In this document: in pieces, positions 17,490-26,921 of the stretch | How positions within the stretch are numbered: the stretch's first letter is position 1 | Layout of the letters: every line of letters starts with the position of its first letter | Assembly (NCBI GenBank): GCA_964562985.1 | Contig: CAZLWE010000006.1 | Span: 20,991-84,990 of the forward strand | Direction of reading: 5' to 3' | DNA length: 64,000 bases | DNA from: an uncultured Acidimicrobiales bacterium | GTDB taxonomy: Bacteria > Actinomycetota > Acidimicrobiia > Acidimicrobiales > SHLQ01 | Notes under the pieces: generated by a model | Database searches by the model: none | Seen by the model: only the letters and a program-made list of their open reading frames with translations | Told to the model about the DNA's origin: nothing | Translations under genes and position numbers: made by a program

Positions 17490-19886
17490 CTAGCCTGCCA
17501 CGTCGATACGGACGGCTTGGGATCCCGAAGGCGTGCGTTGGACTTCGAAGCGGCTCGGGATTCGTTCAGCCAATTCGCCGACGTGGGTGATAACCCCGAT
17601 CATCTGCCCTTGCGCGCCGAGTTCTTCGATCGCCGAGGCGACAACGTCGAGGGTCTCGGGGTCGAGTGTGCCGAAGCCCTCGTCGAGGAACATCGACTCA
17701 ATCCGCGGTGCGCCATCCGTCGCGAGGTCGGCGACGTTCTCGCTTAGCGACAGGGCCAACGCCAACGATGCCAAGAAGGTTTCGCCTCCTGACAACGTGC
17801 GAGCGCTTCGGACCTCATCAGCATTTCGGTGATCACGGATCGCAAAGCCAGCGCCATCGGTAACCAACGAGTAGGCGCCGCCAGACAACTCGAGAAGTCG
17901 GTCGGTTGCGCGCTCGGCCAGCGTATGCATGACGTCGGTCATCAACCAGCGTTCGAAACCTGAGGCCCCGAGCAAGCGGCCAAGCTCGCCAGCCACGCTC
18001 GCATCGCGATCGAACTCGGTGATTCGTGCCTCTGCGCCCGCTCGGGCCTCGCGTTCCGATTTGAGCGATGCCAGGCTCGCCGTTGCAGCGCCACGAGCCT
18101 CGGCGAGCCACGTGAGTGGTTCCGCGTTCGCTGCGGCGAGGTCGTTGCCGTCGAGCGACTGCCTCAGAAGGGCCTTGATCGCCTTCTCCGTCTCACCGTG
18201 GTGCCGCTTCGCCTCCTTGAGTTCGGCTTTGGAGTCCGTGGCTTGGCTGGACAGCGTTTTGGCCTTCTCCCGCGCCCATGAAGTAACCGCCTCCCAGTCG
18301 TCGACTATCGAAACCTCACTCGGTGCCGGAGGGTCGAGGCCGATGAGCGCGTCGCGTTGGCTGGTAAACGTGCGCCGGAGCTCGCTCATCTGCTCGTCGA
18401 GTTCTGCGAGTGACTTCTCGATGCCCCGCAGCTTCTCAAGGGCCGCAGTTCCCGTGGATTCGGCCTTCGCCAATGCTTTGCCCCGCGCGATCGCCTCCTT
18501 GAGTTGTGCCTTCGTGTCCGTGGCCTCGGGAGTCCCATCGAGTTCGCGTTCGAGCTCGTCGGCTCGTTCACTGAGGTGTGTTCGCTCAAGCTCAGCCCGA
18601 TCGTGATCACGTTCGGCCTCGCGCTGCTCGTCACGAGCTGAGCCAACAGCTACTTCGGCTTCAACAACAGCTGCTTCTGCGTTGCCCAGGGCGTCGCCAT
18701 GTTCATGGGCAGGAATGCTGTCGACCGTGGCAGTGCACAGCGGACAGGGTTCGCCGGGAACGAGCACATCGACAAATCCCGCTGCACCGACACGTCGGCG
18801 CTGCGTGTCCAGCGTGAGCCGGGCAGCATCGAGCGTGGCCACGGCTGCTTTTGCTAGTGCGGCGGTGGCGTCATGAGCTTTGGCAGTCGCGGCTTCGGTC
18901 TTGACCGCCGCTTTGAGTTCGCGAGCGACTTGCCTCTGCTCGTCGTGGAGGTCCCGGCGCCGTTCGAGTTCGCTGATCGTATCGAGTTCGTCGGCCGCAT
19001 CCCGAGCCTCCTGCAAGGACTGCGCAGCCGTTTCGGCTGCCTCGCGCGCCGAGAGCCTGTCGGCCTCAAGCTTCGCGATTCGCTTTCCGGTCTTCGCCAT
19101 CGCTGACGGTGCCCTGACCGATTTGAGCAGCGACACGTTCTCGGAAGCCTCATCGATCGTGGTCGCTATGGCTTCGACGGCCTCCGCCGCGGTCGTTCGC
19201 AAGTCCACAGCTGCTCGAAGGTCGACGTCGAGTACGTCGAGCTGGGCGAGGAACGCCTGAGCGTTGTCGAGGTGTTCGTCGGTTACGGGTTCGCGCGTCC
19301 CGAGCTGCTCCATCAGGGCGGCGCTCTTCGAGGCAGCGTCCCGGGAACGCTCACGGGCATTGGTGGCCATGGTGCGAAACCGTTCCATCCCGAGCAATCG
19401 GCGCAGCAGCGCTTGGCGAGCCTCGGCATTCTCGGTGAGGAAGCGTGCAAACTCGCCCTGGGGGAGAACCACGGTCTTTGTGAACTGGTCGAAGTTCAGG
19501 CCGAGCAGGCTCTCGACTGCGGCATCGAGTTCGCGGGCGTTGCCGGCCACGACCTCGTCGTTTCGTTCGAGGCGGGCTTCCTTCGTGGATGCCCCCTTCG
19601 CCGTTTTGCGAACCACTCGAGTCGCCGTGTAGTGCTCGGTTCCGATCGTGAAGTCGAGACGAATACGAGCCTCGTTCGCAAGTTGGTGGATGACCGGCGC
19701 AACCAGGTTTGTCGACTTGTAGCGCGCGACCGATCCGTAGAGGGCAAAGGCGATGCCGTCCACGATCGTGGACTTTCCTGCTCCGGTCGGTCCCACGAGC
19801 GCGAAGAGATCGAGACCGTCAAAGTCGATGACGGTCTGTTCACGAAACGCGCCGAAGCCACGCAACTCGAGCTGTGTCGGACGCAC
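17490..19886 (-). CDS. sbcC: SbcC/Rad50-family DNA repair ATPase
   Basis: 798 aa. Walker A is GPTGAGKST. A long coiled coil carries a zinc hook (PGEPCPLC). The signature motif is LSGGETF and Walker B is MFLDEGF. The GTG start overlaps the sbcD stop by 1 nt. Confidence 0.85.
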   Translation of the reverse strand: MRPTQLELRGFGAFREQTVIDFDGLDLFALVGPTGAGKSTIVDGIAFALYGSVARYKSTNLVAPVIHQLANEARIRLDFTIGTEHYTATRVVRKTAKGASTKEARLERNDEVVAGNARELDAAVESLLGLNFDQFTKTVVLPQGEFARFLTENAEARQALLRRLLGMERFRTMATNARERSRDAASKSAALMEQLGTREPVTDEHLDNAQAFLAQLDVLDVDLRAAVDLRTTAAEAVEAIATTIDEASENVSLLKSVRAPSAMAKTGKRIAKLEADRLSAREAAETAAQSLQEARDAADELDTISELERRRDLHDEQRQVARELKAAVKTEAATAKAHDATAALAKAAVATLDAARLTLDTQRRRVGAAGFVDVLVPGEPCPLCTATVDSIPAHEHGDALGNAEAAVVEAEVAVGSARDEQREAERDHDRAELERTHLSERADELERELDGTPEATDTKAQLKEAIARGKALAKAESTGTAALEKLRGIEKSLAELDEQMSELRRTFTSQRDALIGLDPPAPSEVSIVDDWEAVTSWAREKAKTLSSQATDSKAELKEAKRHHGETEKAIKALLRQSLDGNDLAAANAEPLTWLAEARGAATASLASLKSEREARAGAEARITEFDRDASVAGELGRLLGASGFERWLMTDVMHTLAERATDRLLELSGGAYSLVTDGAGFAIRDHRNADEVRSARTLSGGETFLASLALALSLSENVADLATDGAPRIESMFLDEGFGTLDPETLDVVASAIEELGAQGQMIGVITHVGELAERIPSRFEVQRTPSGSQAVRIDVAG

Positions 19887-21034
19887 TAACCCGACACCTC
19901 GGTGTCTTCGAGTAGCCCGATGAACATGTCGGTCAACCGATCGTCGTCGATGCCGAGCTCGTCAAGGTACGCACCGAAGGCATCGACGGGATCTCGACCG
20001 AGGCGGCGCTCTCGCTGCACGGGCGTCGAATCCTCCTCGTGGATGACCTCAATGTCAACGACACCGTCTCCGAGGAGGGCCCGAACATCGTCGGCTAGGT
20101 CCGGCCGACGCGGCTCATCGATCCGAGCGCGAAGCCAGAGACCGTCGATTTCGTCTTTGCTTTCGCGTAGTTGTGTGAGGGTTCCGGAGATGGTCAAGAG
20201 CCCACGACCCGAGCTCAGCGCCACGTTTGTCACCTTGGCCGGCTTGCCGGGTTCAACGTCGACCACATTGACCTGTTTGGTTTGGCGTTGCTCACCAAAA
20301 TCTAATTGCAGAGGTGAACCGCAATAGTGAATCGGTGCGCCGCCAGCGATCTTTTGAGGTCGATGTAGGTGCCCGAGCGCCACATAGGAGGCGGAGGCCG
20401 GAAAGGCCTGGGAGGTGACCGCGTATTCCTCAACGAGGTGAGCGCCTCGTTCGCCGCCACCTGCTGTGGCTCCGTGGACGAAGCCGTGGGCCACGATCAC
20501 GTTTACCGAGTCGCCATTGAAGCCCGCGCTCAGGTGCTCGATGAGTACTCGCATCCGGTCGGCGTACACGTTGGCGTGTTCGAACGCTGCCCCTTCCATG
20601 AGGTCGGCGGCTCGGATGATTCCTCGCTGCGACACGAAGGGGAGTAGTGCCAGGTTGAGGGTCTCGTCTCCGATGGTCAGGCGCTCGAATCCACCCGTGT
20701 CTGGTGAGCGTGCTTCGGTGACGACACGAACATTGCCCAAGGCGAGTAGGGGAGCGACGGCTTTTAGCCGGCGTGGGTTGTCATGGTTCCCGGCGATAAC
20801 GACCACGTGCCCGGCGTGTTCGGCCAGTCCCAGGAGCGTCTCATAGACCAACGCTTCGCTCTCGGGCGTCGGTGCCGCGCTTTCGAACAGATCGCCTGCA
20901 ACGAGTACGACATCGACTTCATCATCCCTTGCGATCTCGGTGATCTCGCCGAGCACAGCCTCATGCTCGTCGTGGCGCGAACGCCCACGAATCGTCTTGC
21001 CGACGTGCCAATCGGAGGTATGCAGCAGGCGCAT
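19886..21034 (-). CDS. sbcD: SbcD/Mre11-family nuclease
   Basis: 382 aa with phosphoesterase motifs LHTSDWHVG, GDLFE, GNHDN and AHG. Confidence 0.9.
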   Translation of the reverse strand: MRLLHTSDWHVGKTIRGRSRHDEHEAVLGEITEIARDDEVDVVLVAGDLFESAAPTPESEALVYETLLGLAEHAGHVVVIAGNHDNPRRLKAVAPLLALGNVRVVTEARSPDTGGFERLTIGDETLNLALLPFVSQRGIIRAADLMEGAAFEHANVYADRMRVLIEHLSAGFNGDSVNVIVAHGFVHGATAGGGERGAHLVEEYAVTSQAFPASASYVALGHLHRPQKIAGGAPIHYCGSPLQLDFGEQRQTKQVNVVDVEPGKPAKVTNVALSSGRGLLTISGTLTQLRESKDEIDGLWLRARIDEPRRPDLADDVRALLGDGVVDIEVIHEEDSTPVQRERRLGRDPVDAFGAYLDELGIDDDRLTDMFIGLLEDTEVSG

Positions 21035-21058
21035 ACCCTGACGCTATCGACTATTGCG

Positions 21059-21667
21059 TCAACGATGAAGGCCCTTGGGGTCTGGGCCGTATTGATTTGA
21101 TCCTCGCTCACCGTCGATCGCCAGCAGGATGAACAAGATCAAGCCCCCGATGTACGGGACGAACGTGATGAAGTACCACTTGCCCGACTTGCCGGTGTCG
21201 TGAAGACGCCGACAGGTGACTGCCAGATTTGGGATCAAGAGTCCCAGAACCGCAATTGCGAGCAAGATTATGGGCAGGACCACGAGCGAAGACTCGCCAT
21301 CGGTTGCTCCTGAGATTGCAAAGATCACTGCAACAGGGACGATTAGCAGGGCCGTGTAGATAAGGGTGAACCACCAAAATTCAGCCCGAGACGCGCGGCC
21401 ATCGAAGGCGGCGTACTTCTCTTTCACCACGTACACGAACCATTCGAGGGGATTCCGATCCACGGGTTCTACCGGGTCCCATTGATGGCCGACCGGTTGG
21501 GGCGGTGGTCCCGGGAACCCGGTCGTTGCTACCGGAGATGGTGGTATCGCCACGATGGGTTGTGGTCCGCTAGCCCAAGCTGCCCCATCCCAGTATCGGT
21601 GGGTGTTTGGAGGGTCGCCTTGTGCTGGATACCAACCCGGGGTTGCTGCTGATCCATCCGGATGCAT
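21059..21667 (-). CDS. DUF2510 N-terminal motif plus a DUF805 membrane domain
   Basis: 202 aa. GWYPAQGDP..HRYWDGAAW is followed by RASRAEFWWF..., RRLHDTGKSGKWYF and multiple TM helices. Confidence 0.7.
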   Translation of the reverse strand: MHPDGSAATPGWYPAQGDPPNTHRYWDGAAWASGPQPIVAIPPSPVATTGFPGPPPQPVGHQWDPVEPVDRNPLEWFVYVVKEKYAAFDGRASRAEFWWFTLIYTALLIVPVAVIFAISGATDGESSLVVLPIILLAIAVLGLLIPNLAVTCRRLHDTGKSGKWYFITFVPYIGGLILFILLAIDGERGSNQYGPDPKGLHR

Positions 21668-21924
21668 ATCTCTCGCCTTTGTTTGCTGCTGACTATATTT
21701 CGGCGCCCGGCCAAGTCGAGTTAAGTGCGACTTGTAGCGATAGCGCCCATTCGCATCTGGTCAACATCGATGTCGGCGCCCACGAGTTCCGCAGGTAGGC
21801 GAGCTTGCGCTGGTCAGTCGGGATCCGTAGGGCCAGCGACCAACCCTGATTCTGCGCGTCTCTGACCGCTCTGTGGGGGTCGTTGCCACGCTAGGCTCCC
21901 CCCATCCGAATCGAGGAGTGTCGA

Positions 21925-22106
21925 TGGGTGAATGGAACGTACTGGCTGGTGCTCGTCAGGACTTTGCGGACATGCTCGACGAATTGTCCGAGGAGCAGCT
22001 TCAAGCGCCCGAGGTACACGGCACCGGGGAGGCCTTGCTAATGGCGCTCCACAACCGCGATGTCAGCGCGGAACTCGATGGCGAAGGCGTCACGCTGCTG
22101 GGCTAG
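21925..22106 (+). pseudogene. Possible internally deleted DinB/mycothiol-dependent-enzyme-family remnant
   Basis: The 59 codons from the ATG read MGEWNVLAGARQDFADMLDELSEEQLQAP (the family's N-terminus). This is joined directly to ..GEALLMALHNRDVSAELDGEGVTLL (the family's C-terminus). Confidence 0.25.
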
Positions 22107-22108
22107 GC

Positions 22109-23791
22109 CTAGAGGCCTTCGAAGGGATCTCCGTCGGCCGATGTGCTCGGCCGCCCTGCTTCGGCTGAGCGGGTAGCCCATGCAGGGAACGGGAACTCGA
22201 CCAGCAAAGGGATTGGTAGACGTGGCTGGCTGAGGTACATGGTGCCCGGCTTGAGGATCGTCGCCCGTTGGCGTTGCACGCCGGGCAAGAACCCGTACTG
22301 GTCGCGTCCTGCTTCGGCGGTGTCGAGTCGGCCGACCACTCGAATCGCGGAGTTTGCGACGACCCGTCGCTCGACTTCGCTTGCGGTCTGTTGGGCTCCG
22401 ATCAAAATGATTCCGAGCGACCGGCCGCGTTCGGCGACATCAAGCAGGATCTCCTTGATGGGGCTGGATGAATCCCGAGGTGCGTACTTGTTGAGTTCGT
22501 CGAGCACGATGAACTGCAACGGTTTGGCGACGCCCGCCGCCTCCTTTGCGTCGAACGCCTGGCGAAGTACCACGCCGACGACAAAGCGCTTCGCCCGGTC
22601 GTGAAGCTGGTGGATGTCGATGACGGTGAGCTGGTTTCGATCGAGGTCGAGCGCGAACTTCGGGGCATCGGCGATGTCGGCGCGGATGAGATGCTCCAGG
22701 TGGTGCACGGAGGAGTTGAGGCGACGCACGAAGGCGTTGATGCTGCCGCCACTCACGGCTCGACCCGTCCATCGCTGGTCGGCAGCGTCGTTTGGGTCAT
22801 CGGGTAGAAGCTTCGACTCGATCACCTCTACAAGCTCTCGGAAGGTACGTACCGTCGTGCCGTCGATTCGAACGGCTCCGTCCGGTGACGGTTCACCGCG
22901 GGTGGCCGCCAGCAACTGCGCGGTGACCGCCTGAACCACAATCGTGTATTGCTGGCGCTCATCTTCGGCATCGGCGAACAGGAAGGGCAGGAGTGCGGAT
23001 CGACAGAAGGTGTCGAGAGTCCAAAAGAATGGGGAGACACCGACGGTGCGTGCTCCGGTGGCCGGTGTGGCGTTCGGGTCGTTACGGCGTGGCGGAGCGA
23101 CGATTCCGACGCTGCTGAACGGGGAGGGCTCCAAACCGAGGTGTGCGTACCGGTCCCGTTGGCCGGGGGTGAGATGCGAGTTTGGTGAGTCGAGGAAGAG
23201 GAGGTCCTCGCCCTTCACGTTGAAGATGACGCCCTTGGTATTTACCGCCTCCGGGCCAAGTACACCCGAATTAAAAAGTGAGTAGAGCAAGAACGTGGCA
23301 TAACTCGTCTTCGTGGCAACTCCGGAGATACCGCTGATGTTGATGTGGGCGCCCTTGGTGCCATCGACGAAGTCGAGGTCGAGGAAGATCGGTTCGTTCT
23401 CTCGACTGAGTCCGGCGGGAAGTCGCCGCTCGACGTTGTCAAAGTCGAGCGCCGCGTCGCGCTCCTCGTCGGTCGCAACCCGTACCGCGGTGCCAGGAAC
23501 CGGAGGGACAAACACCTCGGGGACCACTCGCGTGACCTGAACGAGCGCGGCCTCGGCAACCTCCGCGGGGAGCAGGCCATCTGCGATCAAGAACACGTCG
23601 CTATCGAAGGTCGCCCCTTCATGACGGGCACGGACCTGATTGACGATGCCGTAGATCGAGATCTTCTCGCCTGTCGGCAACACCCGATCCATCGCCACGA
23701 CGTCGTCGAGTTGCAGCACCGAACCCTCGGCAACCGCCACCCAGAACTCGAGCGGCGTCGCGTCGTCGGTTCCCAGTACTCTCCCGATCAC
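22109..23791 (-). CDS. HerA-like (DUF87) hexameric ATPase/helicase
   Basis: 560 aa. The N-terminus is HAS-barrel-like (MIGRVLG...LEFWV...VAMDR...IYGIV). The P-loop region reads AHINISGISGVATKTS and Walker B is LQFIVLDELNKY. Confidence 0.65.
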   Translation of the reverse strand: MIGRVLGTDDATPLEFWVAVAEGSVLQLDDVVAMDRVLPTGEKISIYGIVNQVRARHEGATFDSDVFLIADGLLPAEVAEAALVQVTRVVPEVFVPPVPGTAVRVATDEERDAALDFDNVERRLPAGLSRENEPIFLDLDFVDGTKGAHINISGISGVATKTSYATFLLYSLFNSGVLGPEAVNTKGVIFNVKGEDLLFLDSPNSHLTPGQRDRYAHLGLEPSPFSSVGIVAPPRRNDPNATPATGARTVGVSPFFWTLDTFCRSALLPFLFADAEDERQQYTIVVQAVTAQLLAATRGEPSPDGAVRIDGTTVRTFRELVEVIESKLLPDDPNDAADQRWTGRAVSGGSINAFVRRLNSSVHHLEHLIRADIADAPKFALDLDRNQLTVIDIHQLHDRAKRFVVGVVLRQAFDAKEAAGVAKPLQFIVLDELNKYAPRDSSSPIKEILLDVAERGRSLGIILIGAQQTASEVERRVVANSAIRVVGRLDTAEAGRDQYGFLPGVQRQRATILKPGTMYLSQPRLPIPLLVEFPFPAWATRSAEAGRPSTSADGDPFEGL

Positions 23792-23928
23792 GAGACCGAG
23801 GCTATCGGAGGCTAGCGACCAGCCAGGATTTGGGCCGTTCGGGCGTCGACGCTCTCGGTAAGCGATTAGTGCGCTCTTTCATCTCCGGGTGCCTCGTCCG
23901 AAAGGTTCGGGAAACTACAGTTTCCCAG

Positions 23929-24750
23929 GTGAGCTATGGCACGCTGCCCGACGAGATTGATCTCGATGCGCCCCGACATCGCAAGCCGGTCTACCCACCG
24001 GTGGCCGCCAAGATGGGTGTAGTTGTCGAACATCGTGCGTCTGGTCGCGTCGGCGCGATCCTGTCTTTTAAACCCCAGCAGGTTGTGATCCGGGATCGGC
24101 ATGGTCGGGACCACACGCTGACCCCTCGTCCCGGCGCCTTCATGATCGATGGCAAGCCAGTAACCCTGCGACAACCGACAGTCCATGAGGTGCCCGATAA
24201 AGCGAGCCTTACCGCGTCGGGCTCGGTCGACCTCGGCGCCACGCCGGCCCGGATGGCCCGGGCGAGCCGTATCTGGGTCGAAGGCATCCACGATGCCGAA
24301 CTGATCGAAAAGGTATGGGGCGACGACCTGCGTGTGGAAGGGGTCGTTGTCGAACAACTCGAAGGTGCCGACGACTTGGCCGACCTAGTCGCTCGCTTTC
24401 AAGCTCGCCCAGGTCGCCGACTCGCGATTCTGCTCGACCACCTGGTCGATGGCAGCAAGGAGACTCGGATCGCCGCCACGATCTCGCATCCCGATGTACT
24501 GATAGTGGGGCACCCCTACGTCGACGTGTGGCAGACGATCCGGCCCGAGGTCGCAGGCATCGAGGCGTGGCCGGAAATTCCGAAGGGACAGGATTGGAAG
24601 CTCGGGGTGATGAAACACTTTGGGGCCACCGGCGAACCGGGGCTGTTCTGGAAGCGCCTCTTGGGCCGAGTGTCGGGCTTTAAGGATCTCGAGGTTCCTA
24701 TGGTCGGCGCCGTGGAGCAGATGATCGACTTCGTCACCATCGACTCCTGA
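23929..24750 (+). CDS. DUF3097-like conserved actinobacterial protein
   Basis: The ORF is open from 23830, and GTG 23929 is preferred because it leaves a divergent promoter region. It reads ..AAKMGVVVEHRASGRVGAILSF..VVIRDRHGRDH...GAFMIDGKPVTL. The start is uncertain. Confidence 0.5.
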   Translation: MSYGTLPDEIDLDAPRHRKPVYPPVAAKMGVVVEHRASGRVGAILSFKPQQVVIRDRHGRDHTLTPRPGAFMIDGKPVTLRQPTVHEVPDKASLTASGSVDLGATPARMARASRIWVEGIHDAELIEKVWGDDLRVEGVVVEQLEGADDLADLVARFQARPGRRLAILLDHLVDGSKETRIAATISHPDVLIVGHPYVDVWQTIRPEVAGIEAWPEIPKGQDWKLGVMKHFGATGEPGLFWKRLLGRVSGFKDLEVPMVGAVEQMIDFVTIDS

Positions 24751-24775
24751 GATGCACGGGGGCTAACGTGCGCCC

Positions 24776-25441
24776 ATGACCATGAGCGCAACCGAAGCCA
24801 TCACCAGCCGTCGATCGATTCGTGCGTTCACCGATGACCCGGTCGACGACGAGACGATCCGAACCATCCTGGCCGATGGGTCTCGTGCGGCGTCGGGGAC
24901 CAACATCCAGCCCTGGCATGTGATCGTGCTGCAGGGTCAGGCGCTCACCGATGTGGTCGACGCGGTGCAGGCGTCGTTCGACGCGGGCGAGAGCCAAGCC
25001 GACGAGAGGTACTACCCGAGCGAATTTGTGGAGCCGTATTTGGCTCGCCGCCGCAAGATCGGGTGGGACATGTACGGATTACTCGGGATCGAGCGCGGTC
25101 AGTACGAGAAGATGTCCGCACAGCATCGCAAGAACTACGAGTTCTTTGGCGCACCGGTCGGCATGTTCTTCACCATGCACGAGACGATGAACTACGGCGG
25201 CTGGCTCGATATGGGCTTGTTCATGGGAAACATCATGACGCTCGCCCGAGAGCATGGTTTGCACACGTGTCCCCAGGCTGCATGGCGAGAGTACGAATCG
25301 GTGGTCCACGACGCACTCGCACTACCCGAAGATCAACGGCTGATCTGCGGGCTTGCCCTCGGCTATGAAGACACCACCGACATCGTCAACGAATTGCGCA
25401 CCGAACGTGCGCCCCTCGCTGACTTCGTTGAATTTCGGTAG
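24776..25441 (+). CDS. Nitroreductase family protein
   Basis: 221 aa with AITSRRSIRAFTDDPV, RAASGTNIQPWH and a C-terminal ER.PL..FV. Confidence 0.8.
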   Translation: MTMSATEAITSRRSIRAFTDDPVDDETIRTILADGSRAASGTNIQPWHVIVLQGQALTDVVDAVQASFDAGESQADERYYPSEFVEPYLARRRKIGWDMYGLLGIERGQYEKMSAQHRKNYEFFGAPVGMFFTMHETMNYGGWLDMGLFMGNIMTLAREHGLHTCPQAAWREYESVVHDALALPEDQRLICGLALGYEDTTDIVNELRTERAPLADFVEFR

Positions 25442-25533
25442 CTGCCGAGCGCGAGGCGAAACGCAGCGTAAGAACTCTCAGAGAAAGGTCGACCCGCGCC
25501 TACGTTTTCGCTCTAAGTGGCAGAATGTAACCC

Positions 25534-26151
25534 GTGACTGTGCCCCGCTTTGTCCTCTCACGCCCCCGTGGCCGTTCCTGGCTTGTGGCGGGTGCTCTGG
25601 CTGTCGGACTTGCAGCCTGTGGTGGGGGTGGAGACGTCGCTTCTAACGGAACAGCTACCGCTGAGGCCCCAGCAGATGTGAGCGAGGCCGAGGCTGCGGC
25701 GGCGGAAAACCTTCCGCTACTTCGGCCAGCCGACCAAGTGGTCGACTTTGAAGTACTTCAGGTTGCCGACGGCTCGATTTCGACGCTGCGTCAAGAAGTT
25801 GCCGGGGACCGACCGGTCCTGCTTTGGTTCTTCTCTCCGCATTGACCGACCTGTCGTGCGGAAGCCGACGAAGTTGCGCAGTTTGCGCAAGAACATGACG
25901 AGGTAGTCCAGGTGATCGGACTCGGAACTCAGGACGATTTCCCGTTCGCTCGAGAATTCCGCGAAAGCGGTGGACTCGAACACGTCACCCTTCTTTGGGA
26001 TCCATCGTTCGCGACATGGCAGGCACTCGGGGTGCAGGCCAATTCGCAGATGATGGTGGTGACTCCAGATCTTTCACAGGGTTCGAGCTTGATCTTCGGC
26101 TTCACCGAGGATCAGCAACAGACCGTGCTCGACTTCGTCGCTGACCTCTAA
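25534..26151 (+). CDS. TlpA/ResA-like thioredoxin-fold lipoprotein with an in-frame UGA (candidate selenocysteine) at the first position of CxxC
   Basis: Track ORFs 25534..25845 and 25912..26151 share one frame. Read-through gives the lipobox LAVGLAAC, then ...PVLLWFFSPH-[TGA 25843-25845]-PTCRAEADEV...VIGLG...LLWDP..W..LGV..MMVV. Confidence 0.6.
25852..25870 (+). promoter_or_regulatory. SECIS-like hairpin 6 nt downstream of the in-frame UGA
   Basis: UGUCG(U)GC-GGAA-GCCGACG has 7 pairs including one G-U, a bulged U and a G-first tetraloop. A second perfect 7-bp hairpin lies at 25874..25890. Confidence 0.35.
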
Positions 26152-26174
26152 TAGGAACCCTAAGGAACCTTCTG

Positions 26175-26921
26175 CTACTGCAGTTGGGTGAATCGGCCAC
26201 CATCGATCGGAAGCGAAACGCCCGTGATGTAGTTGGCCTGCTCGGAGCACAAGAACGCCACGGCCTGGCCGAAGTCCGTAGGGTCACCGAGGCGACCCGT
26301 GGGTTGTGACGAGGCGAGTTCGTCCACGCCATCGCCATACAACTCGGCGAGTCGAGGTGTGAGATGCAGCCCAGGTTGTGCGGTGTTGATGGTGACGCCA
26401 TCGCTAACTACCTCGAGCGCCGTCGTCTTGAGAAATGCCGTCAACCCTGATCGGGCGGTGTTCGACAAGATGAGATTTGGGATCGGGGTATGCACCGACG
26501 TTGATGTGATCGCAACAACTCGGCCCCACGATTGCGCCTGCATCTCCGGGACGACCTTCTTCACCATGGTCGCCATGGCGATCAGGTTCATCTCGAGAGC
26601 CATATCGTACGTGTCGATATCGGTCTCCTTGAAGTCCCCAGGTGGCGGACCTCCACCGTTGGTGATGAGGATGTCGACCCCACCTCCGAGCGACTCTGTT
26701 GCTGCGTCGATGAACTCTGCGGCACCCTGACGGGTGGAGATATCGGCGGCGATCGGGATCGCGTTCGGCACCTTTTCGGCTGCCGCAGCGAGCCGTTCTT
26801 TGCTGCGGCCGTTGATGACGACCGAACACCCCGCATCAGCGAGGGCTATCGCTGACGCGAGGCCGAGTCCAGATGTTGAAGCGGCGACTACCGCACGTTT
26901 TCCACTGATTCCGAGATCCAT
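26175..26921 (-). CDS. SDR-family oxidoreductase (3-oxoacyl-ACP reductase-like)
   Basis: 248 aa with VVAASTSGLGLA (a TGxxxGxG variant), NGG, and a PG/ITG C-terminal block. Confidence 0.85.
   Translation of the reverse strand: MDLGISGKRAVVAASTSGLGLASAIALADAGCSVVINGRSKERLAAAAEKVPNAIPIAADISTRQGAAEFIDAATESLGGGVDILITNGGGPPPGDFKETDIDTYDMALEMNLIAMATMVKKVVPEMQAQSWGRVVAITSTSVHTPIPNLILSNTARSGLTAFLKTTALEVVSDGVTINTAQPGLHLTPRLAELYGDGVDELASSQPTGRLGDPTDFGQAVAFLCSEQANYITGVSLPIDGGRFTQLQ

Noticed and set aside
25843-25845. Alternative reading of the two in-frame TGAs (here and at 31316..31318) as ordinary stops, meaning pseudogenes, split genes or sequencing errors.
   Set aside because: This is not fully excluded, but it is considered less likely. 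Both TGAs fall exactly on the first Cys of a CxxC motif. Both flanking halves remain open and conserved-looking in the same frame. Both are followed at 6-10 nt by a hairpin with G in the loop. The question remains open until sel genes are checked.
25874-25890. Second hairpin, TTGCGCA-GTT-TGCGCAA, as the SECIS element of the TlpA-like gene.
   Set aside because: Its apex is ~38 nt from the UGA and its 3-nt loop is very tight. The upstream bulged hairpin fits the expected spacing better. It is kept only as an alternative.
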